A DNA stretch of 34,029 nucleotides from Gemmatimonadales bacterium (GCA_040007575.1 JBDTUV010000001.1:1-34029), one strand, 5' to 3'; positions 1 through 9,269 are shown, numbered from the stretch's first letter. The notes: generated from the sequence alone by a model not told the origin. Numbers and translations are program-made.

Positions 1-1
1 G

Positions 2-649
2 ACGGCGCCGGCGCCGCGCATGCGCGAGTACCTGCAGGCCGTGCGGGCGATCTACATGGTGAACATCAACGTGTTCTGGAGCCGGCCACAGTCCTATTAC
101 GACAGCGCCCCTTGGCGGGGTACCTGGGAGTTCGATGGTGGGGCGTTCATGAACCAGGCGAGCCACTACGTGGATCTGCTTGACTGGCTTATCGGCCCGG
201 TCGAGAGCGTCCAGGCCTACACCGCGACCCTGGAGCGGAACATCCAGGTCGAGGACACGGGTGTGGTCAGCATCCGCTGGCGCACCGGCGCGCTGGGCTC
301 GATGAATGTCACCATGCTCACCTACCCCAAGAACCTCGAGGGCTCGATCACGATCATCGGAGAGAAGGGGACGGTCCGGATCGGCGGCGTGGCGGTCAAC
401 CGGATCGACCACTGGGAGTTTGCCGATACCGACCCGGACGATGCCAGGGTCGAGCAGGTGAGCTACGATACCACGTCGGTGTATGGCTTCGGGCACCCGC
501 TGTACTACGACAATGTCATCAAGTCGCTGCGGGGGGAGGCTTTGCCTGATACCGATGGGCGTGAAGGGCTCCATTCCCTAGAGATTCTGATCGCCACGTA
601 TCAGTCCGCCCGCGACGGGAGGCGGGTGGCCTTGCCGCTGGAGGTCTAG
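2..649 (+). CDS. Gfo/Idh/MocA-family sugar(-nucleotide) oxidoreductase, C-terminal ~210 aa only (5' end upstream of window)
   Basis: The frame is open from nt 2 with no stop before 647-649. 'PWRGTWEFDGGAFMNQASHYVDLLDWLIG' resembles the C-terminal domain of Gfo/Idh/MocA dehydrogenases such as WbpB-like enzymes. The N-terminal Rossmann part is absent, so the gene must begin off-window. Confidence 0.7.
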   Translation, partial: TAPAPRMREYLQAVRAIYMVNINVFWSRPQSYYDSAPWRGTWEFDGGAFMNQASHYVDLLDWLIGPVESVQAYTATLERNIQVEDTGVVSIRWRTGALGSMNVTMLTYPKNLEGSITIIGEKGTVRIGGVAVNRIDHWEFADTDPDDARVEQVSYDTTSVYGFGHPLYYDNVIKSLRGEALPDTDGREGLHSLEILIATYQSARDGRRVALPLEV

Positions 650-665
650 TGGACGGCCGATTGCA

Positions 666-1694
666 TTGCGGACCGGTTTGTCAGCCTTTTGGCAGGGCCC
701 GGTGAGCTGGAAGGGTCGCAAGGTTCTCGTGACGGGCGCCGATGGCTTTATCGGCAGCCACCTCACGGAGGCCTTGGTCCAGTCGGGGGCCAAGGTACGC
801 GCCTTCTGCTTCTATAACTCGAACGGGTCGTACGGCTGGCTGGACCAGCTCGTCTCGGACTCGCCCGGAGCGCTGGAGACACGTTTGGGCGACATTCGTG
901 ATGCCCAATTCGTCTCCGGGGCGTGCGAAGGGATGGAAGTGGTCTTCCACCTCGCCGCGCTGGTGTCGATCCCATACAGCTATGTGGCTCCGGAGTCGTT
1001 CGTAGATACCAACGTCCGAGGGACCCTAAACGTGCTCGAGGCGGTACGCCGGCACGGCTGCGAAAGACTGATCCACACGTCCACGAGCGAGGTCTACGGC
1101 ACCCCCGACACGCTGCCCATCACGGAACGGCATGCACTCAAGGGACAGTCGCCGTACAGTGCCACGAAGATCGCAGCTGACAAGCTCTGCGAGGCTTACT
1201 CTACCAGCTTCAACCTCCCGGCCGTAGTGCTTCGCCCCTTTAACACCTACGGCCCACGGCAGTCTGCGCGGGCCATCATTCCCACCATCCTGTCGCAGCT
1301 TCTCGGTGGTGAGCGTAAGGTGCGTCTCGGTAGCGTGACCCCGCGGCGCGATCTCACGTTCGTCAGCGACACGGTTCGGGGCTTCCTCGCGGCCGGATTG
1401 TGCCCGGGCTTGGACGGTCAGACGATCCAGCTGGGGACCGGGCGCAGCGAGTCGATTGCCGATGTCTTTCGAGCCGCTTGCGCGGCCTGTGGCGTGGAGG
1501 CCACGTTCGAGGAGGATCCTGCCCGCGTCCGCCCGGAGCGGAGCGAGGTGCAGGTACTCCAGTCGGACCCTTCGCTGGCCAAGCGACTCCTGGCCTGGGA
1601 GGCGACGGTATCGCTGGATCAAGGTCTGGCGGAGACTGCCCGCTGGATCGGCGCCAACCTCGGCCGCTTTCGCCCGAATCTCTATGGCGTATGA
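666..1694 (+). CDS. NAD-dependent extended-SDR sugar-nucleotide 4,6-dehydratase/epimerase (LegB-like candidate)
   Basis: NAD-binding motif 'VLVTGADGFIGSHL', 'HTSTSEVYG', and catalytic YxxxK in 'YSATKIAADKL'. The start is uncertain: TTG 666 or in-frame GTG 702. Confidence 0.8.
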   Translation: MRTGLSAFWQGPVSWKGRKVLVTGADGFIGSHLTEALVQSGAKVRAFCFYNSNGSYGWLDQLVSDSPGALETRLGDIRDAQFVSGACEGMEVVFHLAALVSIPYSYVAPESFVDTNVRGTLNVLEAVRRHGCERLIHTSTSEVYGTPDTLPITERHALKGQSPYSATKIAADKLCEAYSTSFNLPAVVLRPFNTYGPRQSARAIIPTILSQLLGGERKVRLGSVTPRRDLTFVSDTVRGFLAAGLCPGLDGQTIQLGTGRSESIADVFRAACAACGVEATFEEDPARVRPERSEVQVLQSDPSLAKRLLAWEATVSLDQGLAETARWIGANLGRFRPNLYGV

Positions 1695-2919
1695 GACCTC
1701 CCGCCGGGCGGTAGGAAGATCCCAGATAGCCGCGGCGCTGCCTGACAGCGTCGTCCGCGCCATTCGCGCCGCATGTGCCGACCCCCATGCCCCCCAGGCG
1801 CTTCACGAGCCGGTCGTCGCCGGAAACGAATCGGCCTATCTGCTCGAGTGCGTGAACACCGGCTGGGTCTCGTCGGTCGGTTCGTTCGTCGACCGCTTCG
1901 AGGGGGACCTGGTACACCTGACGGGTGCTCGGCGGGCTGTGGCTGTGGTCAACGGAACCGCAGCGCTCCACATCTGCATGCTCCTCGGCGGTGTCAAGCC
2001 GGGAGATGAGGTTCTGGTGCCGGCTCTTACGTTTGTCGGCACTGTGAACGCAGTCGCCTACTGTGGGGCCATCCCGCATTTCGTGGACAGCAGCGACCAG
2101 ACGTTGGGGGTGGACCCCGAGAAGCTCGACGCGTATCTGGCGGGAGCGGCTGAGCGGCACCCTGATGGCTTGCGCAACCGGGCCACGGGCCGGGCCCTCC
2201 GCGCCGTCGTTCCGATGCATACTTACGGTCACCCGGTGGATCTCGATCCGCTTCTGGCGGTATGCGAGAAGTACGGCTTGGTGCTTATCGAGGATGCCGC
2301 CGAATCCATCGGATCGATCTACAAGGGCGTGCATACTGGGAATGCGGGCAGGCTCAGCGCACTGAGCTTCAATGGCAACAAGACCATAACCACAGGAGGT
2401 GGTGGTGCCGTCCTTACCAATGACGAAGCGCTGGGACGACTGGCCAAGCACCTCACGACCACCGCAAGGCTTCCCCACCGCTGGGAGTTCCAGCACGATA
2501 TGGTGGGCTACAATTACCGCATGCCCAACATCAACGCCGCTCTGGGATGCGCTCAGCTGGAGCAGCTGCCTGGCTTCGTCAGGGATAAACGGGCTCTGGC
2601 CCTGCGTTATGCGCACGCCTTCGAGGAGGTAGCAGGCGCCCGGTTCTTTCTGGAGCCACCGTCCGGGGAGAGCAACTACTGGCTGAATGTCCTGCTCCTG
2701 GATGCGGACCTCACTGCTCAGCGGGATGCAGTTCTCGAAACCACCAATTCAGCCGGCCTGACGACGCGTCCGGCCTGGACGCTGATGCACCATCTCCCGA
2801 TGTATGCATCCGCACCGCGCATGGATCTCAGCGTTGCGGAAGGTCTTGCCCGCCGCATCATCAATCTCCCCAGTGGCATCAAGACAGCTCGGGGGGCTCT
2901 AAAGACTCCGGGACCATGA
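1684..2919 (+). CDS. DegT/DnrJ/EryC1/StrS-family PLP-dependent sugar aminotransferase (LegC-like candidate)
   Basis: 'NGNKTITTGGGGAVLTND' is the PLP-lysine region, and 'LIEDAAESIGS' and 'YNYRMPNINAALG' also fit the family. I chose ATG 1684, which overlaps the upstream stop by 11 nt. The ORF-track start at 1456 would add an Arg/Pro-rich extension that overlaps the SDR gene. Confidence 0.8.
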   Translation: MAYETSRRAVGRSQIAAALPDSVVRAIRAACADPHAPQALHEPVVAGNESAYLLECVNTGWVSSVGSFVDRFEGDLVHLTGARRAVAVVNGTAALHICMLLGGVKPGDEVLVPALTFVGTVNAVAYCGAIPHFVDSSDQTLGVDPEKLDAYLAGAAERHPDGLRNRATGRALRAVVPMHTYGHPVDLDPLLAVCEKYGLVLIEDAAESIGSIYKGVHTGNAGRLSALSFNGNKTITTGGGGAVLTNDEALGRLAKHLTTTARLPHRWEFQHDMVGYNYRMPNINAALGCAQLEQLPGFVRDKRALALRYAHAFEEVAGARFFLEPPSGESNYWLNVLLLDADLTAQRDAVLETTNSAGLTTRPAWTLMHHLPMYASAPRMDLSVAEGLARRIINLPSGIKTARGALKTPGP

Positions 2920-3773
2920 TCACGCGCATCATTCCCCGTCTCGATGTGAAGGGGCCGAACCTGGTGAAGGGGGTGCATCTCGAGGGTCTTCGAGTGCTCG
3001 GCAAGCCGGAGGCCTTCGCGCGCCAGTATTACGAGCAGGGAGCCGACGAGCTGTTGTTCATGGATGTAGTCGCAAGCCTGTACGGTCGAAACAGCCTGCT
3101 GGAGTTGGTGGAGCGCACGGCGGACGAGATCTTCATTCCGTTGGCCGTGGGTGGCGGTCTGCGCAGCCTCGACGATATCCGCGGGGTGTTACGGGCGGGT
3201 GCTGACAAGGTCACCTTGAACACCGCGGCGGTGCGCCGGCCGGAGTTCATCTCAGAGGCGGCCCGGCGCTTCGGGTCATCCACCATCGTGGTGTCGGTCG
3301 AGGCCATCCGCAGGTCCGACGGCAGCTACGAAGCGTACACCGACAACGGCCGAGAAAAGACCGGGTTGGACGCCGTTGCCTGGGCGGTGCGGGCCGCCGA
3401 GCTGGGGGCGGGAGAACTCGTGGTCACGTCCATAGACCGGGAGGGGACCGGCAAGGGATACGACCTCGACCTGACTGAGCGGATCGCCCGCGCGGTGCCG
3501 GTGCCCGTGATCGCGTGTGGTGGAGCGGGCACAGCGGAGCACGTGGCCCAGGTTCTTGGCACCGGTGCGGCGGCGGCCTCGCTGGCCTCCCTTCTACACT
3601 ACAATCAGGCCCGTCGCTACTTGGCCGAGCCGAACCAGTTTTCGCCCGAGATCAATGTGGCACATCTGCAGCGTCCCGGATTTGCCAAGGTGCAGGATAT
3701 CGATCTCATTCAGCTCAAAGCCTACCTCACTGATCGCGGCTTTGTGTCGCGACCCCTTGTCGCGCATGTCTGA
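2916..3773 (+). CDS. HisF-like imidazole glycerol phosphate synthase cyclase-subunit paralogue (triad 1)
   Basis: 'RIIPRLDVKGPNLVKG', 'IPLAVGGGLRS', 'GADKVTLNTAA', 'TSIDREGTGKGYDL', 'VIACGGAG', and a canonical-like C-terminus 'LIQLKAYLTDRGFVSR'. ATGA overlap with the upstream gene. Confidence 0.85.
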   Translation: MITRIIPRLDVKGPNLVKGVHLEGLRVLGKPEAFARQYYEQGADELLFMDVVASLYGRNSLLELVERTADEIFIPLAVGGGLRSLDDIRGVLRAGADKVTLNTAAVRRPEFISEAARRFGSSTIVVSVEAIRRSDGSYEAYTDNGREKTGLDAVAWAVRAAELGAGELVVTSIDREGTGKGYDLDLTERIARAVPVPVIACGGAGTAEHVAQVLGTGAAAASLASLLHYNQARRYLAEPNQFSPEINVAHLQRPGFAKVQDIDLIQLKAYLTDRGFVSRPLVAHV

Positions 3774-4455
3774 CGTACCGCAGCGGGTCGCCATCGTGGA
3801 CTACGGCACCGGGAACCTGTACAACGTCCATCGAGCCTGCCAGCACGTGGGGCTCCAGGCGGCGATCACTGTCTCCCCGGAAGAGGTCCTGGCTGCCGAT
3901 GGCGTGCTTCTGCCCGGCGTGGGGTCAATGCCGCACGCCATGGCCTTCCTGGATGAGACCGGCCTCAGCGACGCCCTCCGCTCGGTTGCCGAACGAGGGA
4001 CACCTCTCATGGGGATCTGCCTCGGCATGCAGATGCTCATGGAGCAGGGATCCGAATTCACCCGGCACCAGGGCCTAGGAATTCTCGCCGGGGAGATAGT
4101 CCGTTTTCCCAGCCGAGACGGGAATGGCACCGAGCTGAAGGTCCCGCACATCGGCTGGAACAGTGTTCGGCGGCCATCCGGAAAGACGGAAGATCCCTGG
4201 CGGGACACACCGCTCGAGGCTACCCCCGATGGGGAGTACATGTATTTTGTACACTCGTATCGTGTTGTTCCTGCCGATCCTCGGATCAGTATCGGGGTAA
4301 CCCGGTACGGCGGTGCGGAGTTTTGCTCAGCAGTGGCCCGGGGCAACGTCTTCGGTTGCCAGTTCCATCCTGAGCGCAGTGGTCCTCACGGGCTCCGACT
4401 CTATCGCGAGTTCGCCCGCCGGGTCGAAGCTTGGCGGCAGGTCGCTCCTCGTTGA
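3766..4455 (+). CDS. HisH-like class-I glutamine amidotransferase subunit (triad 1)
   Basis: 'VAIVDYGTGNLYNV', nucleophile Cys in 'GICLGMQML', and 'FVHSY' plus 'CQFHPERS' (His/Glu of the triad). ATG 3766 overlaps the hisF-like stop by 8 nt. The track start at 3517 lies inside the hisF-like gene. Confidence 0.85.
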   Translation: MSDVPQRVAIVDYGTGNLYNVHRACQHVGLQAAITVSPEEVLAADGVLLPGVGSMPHAMAFLDETGLSDALRSVAERGTPLMGICLGMQMLMEQGSEFTRHQGLGILAGEIVRFPSRDGNGTELKVPHIGWNSVRRPSGKTEDPWRDTPLEATPDGEYMYFVHSYRVVPADPRISIGVTRYGGAEFCSAVARGNVFGCQFHPERSGPHGLRLYREFARRVEAWRQVAPR

Positions 4456-4470
4456 CAAAGGTGTGGATGT

Positions 4471-5766
4471 ATGGCGTCGCCTGAGGTTTCCGAGCAGCTC
4501 GAGGTCAGGTATGGGCTGCCGCGGGAGGTGAAGTTTTGCACCCGCTGCGTGATCTCCAACCAGCGGCCGAATTCCACGGTCGAATATCAGCATACGGGTG
4601 ACAGCAAGAAGGAGACGATCCGGTTCGATGCCGAAGGGGTCTGTGACGCCTGCCGCTATGCCGAGCTGAAGCGGACCAAGATCGACTGGGCGTCGCGCGA
4701 GCGCCAGTTGGTCGAGCTCTGCGACCGGTACCGGCGGCACGATGGGTCGTACGACTGCCTGCTACCCGGGTCGGGAGGCAAGGACAGCTTTTATGCGGCG
4801 CACGTGCTCAAGCACAAGTACGGCATGCATCCGCTGACGGTGACCTGGGCGCCGCACATGTATACCGACTGGGGGTGGCGCAACCACCAGGCCTGGATTC
4901 ATGCCGGCTTCGACAACTACTTGTGCATGCCCAACGGCCGGGTACACCGCCTTCTCACGCGGCTAGCGGTCGAGAACCTGTTTCACCCGTTTCAGCCGTT
5001 CATCTTCGGCCAGAAGGCGCTGGCCCCCAAGATGGCACTTCTGTTCGATCTCCCGCTGGTCTTCTATGGCGAGAACGAAGCCGAATACGGCAACCCGCTC
5101 AAGGACACCAACAGCGCCCTCCGCGGAGAATCGTATTACTCAGCCGAGAACATCGCGGACCTCCACCTGGGGGGCACCTCCGTCCGGGAGGTGGAGACCA
5201 GTTACGGCCTCGATCGGAACGACCTCCAGCCCTATCTGCCGGCGAACCCAAACCGGCTCGCCGAGCGCGGGGTGCAGGTCCATTACCTGGGGTACTACCT
5301 CCGTTGGCATCCGCAGAGCTGCTATTACTACGCCGTCGAGCATGGCGGCTTCCAGGCCTCGCCCGAGCGGACCACCGGAACGTACAGCAAGTACAACAGC
5401 ATCGATGACAAGATCGATGACTTTCACTACTGGACCACGTATGTGAAGTTCGGCATCGGCCGGGCCACGTATGACGCGTCCCAGGAGATCCGGTCCGGGG
5501 ATATCAATCGGGAAGAAGGCGTCGCGCTGGTCCGGCGTTTCGATGGCGAGTGGCCCGAGCGCTTCGCCCAGCAGGTATTCGACTACCTGAGCATCGGGGA
5601 TAAAGAGTTCCCGGTGGCCTCTCGGCAGTTCGCGCAGCCCGTGATGGATCGCCAGTCGTTCTTGAAGCTGGCCGACAGTTTTCGCTCGCCTCATCTATGG
5701 AAGCGGGAAGGCGGCGAGTGGCGGCTTCGCCACGTGGTCTGGGACGAGAGCAGCGAGGCTCAGTGA
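4471..5766 (+). CDS. N-acetyl sugar amidotransferase (PP-loop ATP-pyrophosphatase; WbpG/PseA/WbuX-type), long 431-aa form (triad 1)
   Basis: N-terminal Cys cluster 'CTRCVISNQRP...GVCDAC' and PP-loop 'LPGSGGKDS'. It sits immediately downstream of the hisF/hisH paralogues. Confidence 0.8.
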   Translation: MASPEVSEQLEVRYGLPREVKFCTRCVISNQRPNSTVEYQHTGDSKKETIRFDAEGVCDACRYAELKRTKIDWASRERQLVELCDRYRRHDGSYDCLLPGSGGKDSFYAAHVLKHKYGMHPLTVTWAPHMYTDWGWRNHQAWIHAGFDNYLCMPNGRVHRLLTRLAVENLFHPFQPFIFGQKALAPKMALLFDLPLVFYGENEAEYGNPLKDTNSALRGESYYSAENIADLHLGGTSVREVETSYGLDRNDLQPYLPANPNRLAERGVQVHYLGYYLRWHPQSCYYYAVEHGGFQASPERTTGTYSKYNSIDDKIDDFHYWTTYVKFGIGRATYDASQEIRSGDINREEGVALVRRFDGEWPERFAQQVFDYLSIGDKEFPVASRQFAQPVMDRQSFLKLADSFRSPHLWKREGGEWRLRHVVWDESSEAQ

Positions 5767-7514
5767 GCCTGATTTGCCTCATACCGGCCCGCGGTGGGTC
5801 GAAGGGGCTCCCTGACAAGAACCTGCGTCCGATCGGTGGAGTGAGTCTGGTCGGGCGCTCCGTGCAGGCCGCCGCCGACTTCATCCGGATGGCCGGGCTC
5901 ACTGACGCCACGATCGTGGTCGACACCGATTCGGAAACCATCGCGGAGGAGGCCCGCCGGTGGGGTGCCAGGGTACCCTTTCTGCGGCCGCCCGCGCTCG
6001 CTGCCGACACCACCTCCACAGTCGAGAGCAGTCTCGCCGCCCTGGAGCGCCTCGAGCGCGATGGATTCTCGGCCGAGACGGTGGTGCTGCTCCAACCGAC
6101 GTCGCCGCTTCGCTCCGCCGAAGACATCCTGGCGTGCTGGAGTGCGTACTCCAGCTCCCAGCGCCCTTCGGTGATCTCTGTGGCGCTGACCGAGCACCCT
6201 GCCGACCTGGCCCTCCGGCTCACTGGGGCGGGAACCGTCGAATGGCACGGGAAGCCGGCGGCCGCAACGCGGCGCCAGGAGCTTGCAGACACCTACTGGC
6301 CTTCGGGTGCGGTATATGTGAGCTCGGTAGCTTTCCTGCGCCGGGAGCAATCGTTCATCGTGTCGGGTCTCACCGTTGGAGTTGTTCTGCCGCGATCGCG
6401 GTCGGTGGACATCGACACCGCCGAGGACCTGGCTCTCGCCGAGATTCAACTCGTCGCCGGCCCCACCAGCACAGTCCGGCTTGGCAGCACCACCATCGGC
6501 CCCGGGCACCCCTGTTTCGTGATCGCCGAGGCGGGCGTCAACCACAACGGTGATCCGGCGCTGGCGCATCGGCTGGTCGATGCCGCCTCGGCCGCCGGTG
6601 CCGACGCGGTAAAGTTCCAGACCTTCGATCCCGAGCAGCTCGCTGCTGCCGATGCACCGAAGGCGGCCTATCAGATCGCCAACACCGGGTCGGCCGAGAG
6701 CCAGCTGGAGATGCTCCGGCGCCTCGCGCTCCCACGGGAGGCACTGGAGCCACTGGCCGCGCATGCGCGGGACAAGGGTCTCCTGTTTCTCTCTACCCCG
6801 TTCGACGCCGTGAGTGCCGACTTCCTCGACGGCCTCGGCGTACCTGGATTCAAGGTTCCCTCGGGTGAGGTGACCAACCTTTCTTTTCTCGCGTACCTGG
6901 CCAGGAAGGGCAGGCCGATGCTGGTGTCCACCGGCATGAGTACGCTTAGCGAGGTGGCCACGGCGGTCTCGGTCGTGCGAGCCAGCGGGAATCCGCCGCT
7001 TGCCCTTTTTCACTGCGTGACCAACTATCCCGCTGCTCCAGCTGACTGCAACCTGCGAGCGATTGAAACGATGCGCCGCGCATTTGGGGTGCCCGTCGGC
7101 TGGAGCGACCACACCGAAGGGTTCTATCCCAGCATCGCCGCCGTTGCGGCGGGGGCCAGCCTGCTCGAGAAGCATTTCACCCTGGACCGCTCACTACCTG
7201 GGCCGGACCACCGGGCCTCGCTCGAGCCGGGTGAGCTCATCCAACTGGTGGCCGCCGTTCGAGAGACGGAGGCCACGCTCGGAGATGGGATCAAGCGGCC
7301 CGCGCCCTCGGAAGCGGCGAACGCCCGGCTGGTGCGGCGGAGCGTCCATGCGGCACGGCCGCTCCCCGCCGGTCACGTACTGGCCCCGCAGGATCTGGTG
7401 GCCTTACGCCCCGGGAACGGTCTGCCCCCTTCGACCATCGGCCGGTTGGTGGGGCGGTCGCTGCGGGTAGAGCTCGCGCGGGGAGAGATGCTCCGGGAGG
7501 AGCACCTTGTCTGA
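5763..7514 (+). CDS. Fusion protein: N-terminal CMP-nonulosonate cytidylyltransferase (NeuA/LegF-like) and C-terminal nonulosonate synthase with SAF domain (NeuB/LegI-like)
   Basis: The N-terminal ~230 aa carry 'LIPARGGSKGLPDKNL' and 'LLQPTSPLR' (NeuA family). From about nt 6470 come 'CFVIAEAGVNHNGD', 'AVKFQTF', 'FKVPSGEVTN', 'GWSDHT' and 'LEKHFTLDR' (NeuB), followed by a C-terminal SAF-like segment. It is one uninterrupted frame. GTG 5763 overlaps the upstream stop (GTGA). Confidence 0.8.
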   Translation: MSLICLIPARGGSKGLPDKNLRPIGGVSLVGRSVQAAADFIRMAGLTDATIVVDTDSETIAEEARRWGARVPFLRPPALAADTTSTVESSLAALERLERDGFSAETVVLLQPTSPLRSAEDILACWSAYSSSQRPSVISVALTEHPADLALRLTGAGTVEWHGKPAAATRRQELADTYWPSGAVYVSSVAFLRREQSFIVSGLTVGVVLPRSRSVDIDTAEDLALAEIQLVAGPTSTVRLGSTTIGPGHPCFVIAEAGVNHNGDPALAHRLVDAASAAGADAVKFQTFDPEQLAAADAPKAAYQIANTGSAESQLEMLRRLALPREALEPLAAHARDKGLLFLSTPFDAVSADFLDGLGVPGFKVPSGEVTNLSFLAYLARKGRPMLVSTGMSTLSEVATAVSVVRASGNPPLALFHCVTNYPAAPADCNLRAIETMRRAFGVPVGWSDHTEGFYPSIAAVAAGASLLEKHFTLDRSLPGPDHRASLEPGELIQLVAAVRETEATLGDGIKRPAPSEAANARLVRRSVHAARPLPAGHVLAPQDLVALRPGNGLPPSTIGRLVGRSLRVELARGEMLREEHLV

Positions 7515-8646
7515 GCCTCGACGGCTCGCGATTCTCACTACCGGGCGCCAGGATTACGGCATTCTTCGAAGCACCATTCTCCTGCTCCGCCGCACCCCGG
7601 GCGTCGAGCTGGCGGTGTGGGCCGGCGGAATGCACCTCGATGCCAGGTACGGTGAGCCGCTCGCGGGGCCGCGAGAGGATGGGGTTCAGCCGGTCCGAGA
7701 GCTGCGCTTTCTCGCCGAGCAACCGGATTCGATCGCCGACACGGCGGCCGCGCTGGGGCAGGTCGGAACTGCGTTGAGACAGGATCGCCCCGATGCCCTG
7801 GTGGTTCTGGGAGATCGCAGCGAAACATTGGCGGCTGGGCTCGCGGCTACGCTCGAGCGGGTGCCACTGGTTCATCTCCACGGGGGGGAGGAATCCGAGG
7901 GAGCCATCGACAACGCGTGCCGCCATGCGCTGACCAAGCTGAGTCATCTTCATCTGGTCAGCCATCGAGTCTATGCGGAGCGCGTGGTGCAGATGGGAGA
8001 GGATCCGAAGACCGTTGTCGTGGTGGGTGCACCCGGCCTCGACAACGCCTATCGCGAGGATCTCCCCTCACGCAAGGAGCTGGAGGCGAGCCTTGGGGCG
8101 GTCCTCGACGCTCCGATCGTTCTGGTAACGGTGCATCCCACCACGCTTGGTGGGCCCCCCACCGAGGAAGTGGCGGCAGTCGCCGCGGCGATGGCGAAGG
8201 TCCCGGCTACCTATGTCGTCACATCGCCCAACGCGGACCAGGGCGGCGCCGACATCAGCCAGTTCTGGCGGACCTGGGTGCCCAGCCATCGGAACGTACT
8301 CCTGGTGAGCTCACTGGGCGACCGGCGTTATTGGTCCCTGCTGCGGCTTGCCTCGGCCGTCCTGGGAAACTCCTCCAGCGGGATCATCGAAGCCCCGGCG
8401 CTTGGCGTGCCTGTCATCAATGTCGGCGATCGGCAGCGCGGACGGCTTCGATACGGCTTGGTAACCGACGTGCCGGCCGATGCGTCAGCGATCGCGGCGG
8501 CGTTACGGACCGCCGTTGCTGCAGGGCGATCCGCGCCGGGAGTCGGCACCTATCCTGCCGGGTTAGCCGCGCCGCGCATTGTGGAAGCCCTGCTCCGGTG
8601 GGAAATTCCCCGACCGCCTCGCAAGCGCTTTTGCAGTCGCGTATGA
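7507..8646 (+). CDS. neuC: UDP/GDP-N-acetylhexosamine 2-epimerase (hydrolysing), NeuC/LegG family
   Basis: 'LAILTTGRQDYGIL', 'VVLGDRSETLAAGLAA', 'PLVHLHGGEESEGAIDN' and 'GNSSSGIIEAPALGVPVINVGDRQRGR'. TTG 7507 overlaps the upstream stop by 8 nt. Confidence 0.8.
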   Translation: MSEPRRLAILTTGRQDYGILRSTILLLRRTPGVELAVWAGGMHLDARYGEPLAGPREDGVQPVRELRFLAEQPDSIADTAAALGQVGTALRQDRPDALVVLGDRSETLAAGLAATLERVPLVHLHGGEESEGAIDNACRHALTKLSHLHLVSHRVYAERVVQMGEDPKTVVVVGAPGLDNAYREDLPSRKELEASLGAVLDAPIVLVTVHPTTLGGPPTEEVAAVAAAMAKVPATYVVTSPNADQGGADISQFWRTWVPSHRNVLLVSSLGDRRYWSLLRLASAVLGNSSSGIIEAPALGVPVINVGDRQRGRLRYGLVTDVPADASAIAAALRTAVAAGRSAPGVGTYPAGLAAPRIVEALLRWEIPRPPRKRFCSRV

Positions 8647-9269
8647 GCGCGCGTATCGTGATCATCGGTGGGGGCGAGCACGCGCGAGTGATCATCGACG
8701 CGGCGCGCGCCAGTGCCGCGCAGCCGGAGCTGGTGGGGTTCGTCGATCCGGAGCCCTGCCTGGAGACCATCCAGCGGCTTGGGCTTCGACGTTTGGGAGA
8801 TGAGGACGCTCTCGAGACCGAGCGGGACCTGCATGCCGTGCTAGGGTTTGGCGCGGTCGAACCTCGGGGGCGCCGGGAAGAGGCCGTGCGCCGGGTCACG
8901 CCGCTGGTGAGGGGGTGGGCCAGCGTGATCCACGGCGCTGCCTGGATTTCACCGGGTGCGATCATAGGCGAGGGAACTGTCATCATGGCGGGAGCAGTGA
9001 TACAGACAGGGGCCCGCATTGGAGCGCACTGTGTGGTGAACACCGGGGCCATAGTGGAGCACGATGTCGTGTTGGGGGATTTTGTTCAGCTGGCGCCCCG
9101 GGCGGCACTCGGCGGCGGCGTGCGAGTCGATGCGGGTGCTTACATCGGAATGGGCGCTACGGTACGAGACCATACCAGGGTGAGAGCGGGGGCAGTCGTC
9201 GGAATGGGGGCGGTGGTGGTGCGTGACGTCGCAGCCGGAGCGAGAGTCATGGGGGTTCCGGCACGATGA
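8643..9269 (+). CDS. NeuD/PglD-family hexapeptide-repeat sugar N-acetyltransferase (LegH-like candidate)
   Basis: N-terminal Rossmann-like 'IVIIGGGEHARVIID' followed by left-handed beta-helix hexapeptide repeats ('IGEGTVIMAGAVIQTGARIGAHCVVNTGAIVEHD'). ATG 8643 forms an ATGA overlap. The track start at 7917 lies inside neuC. Confidence 0.8.
   Translation: MSARIVIIGGGEHARVIIDAARASAAQPELVGFVDPEPCLETIQRLGLRRLGDEDALETERDLHAVLGFGAVEPRGRREEAVRRVTPLVRGWASVIHGAAWISPGAIIGEGTVIMAGAVIQTGARIGAHCVVNTGAIVEHDVVLGDFVQLAPRAALGGGVRVDAGAYIGMGATVRDHTRVRAGAVVGMGAVVVRDVAAGARVMGVPAR

Noticed and set aside
1707-1714. ops-like octamer GGCGGTAG (RfaH/JUMPstart element), also present at 21602-21609
   Set aside because: Both copies lie inside coding sequence, and the second is on the non-template orientation for its gene. 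One or two chance matches to a GC-rich 8-mer are expected in 2 x 34 kb. There is no surrounding JUMPstart context and no copy in the 5' leaders.
1363-2616. 417-aa minus-strand ORF antisense to the SDR and aminotransferase genes
   Set aside because: It is Arg/Pro/Gly/Ser-rich low-complexity sequence with no recognisable motifs. It lies fully antisense to two ORFs with strong family signatures, which is the typical shadow ORF of GC-rich DNA.
3517-3765. Long N-terminal extensions offered by the ORF track (starts at 1456, 3517, 7917, 14196, 17933, 23407, 28201, 28286)
   Set aside because: Each extension overlaps the preceding well-supported gene in another frame and is Arg/Pro-rich. In each case an internal ATG or GTG sits right at the upstream stop (ATGA/GTGA-type coupling), and the recognisable domain begins there.
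2916-4455. The idea that the hisF/hisH pairs belong to the housekeeping histidine operon
   Set aside because: There are no hisA/B/C/D/G/I neighbours. Both pairs are translationally coupled to PP-loop sugar amidotransferases inside a polysaccharide operon, and both HisF paralogues deviate at a canonical catalytic Asp.
5760-7175. 471-aa minus-strand ORF antisense to the NeuA::NeuB fusion (and the plus-strand out-of-frame ORFs 5960-6553 and 7063-7470)
   Set aside because: It has the same Arg/Gly/Pro-rich composition and no motifs. The sense frame carries unambiguous NeuA and NeuB signatures.
7882-7888. G7 tract in neuC (and a C7 tract at 25661-25667 in the OPX gene) as phase-variation switches
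   Set aside because: They arise from adjacent GGG GGG (Gly-Gly) codons, which are common in GC-rich genomes. They are shorter than typical switching G/C tracts and encode conserved motif residues ('HLHGGEE').
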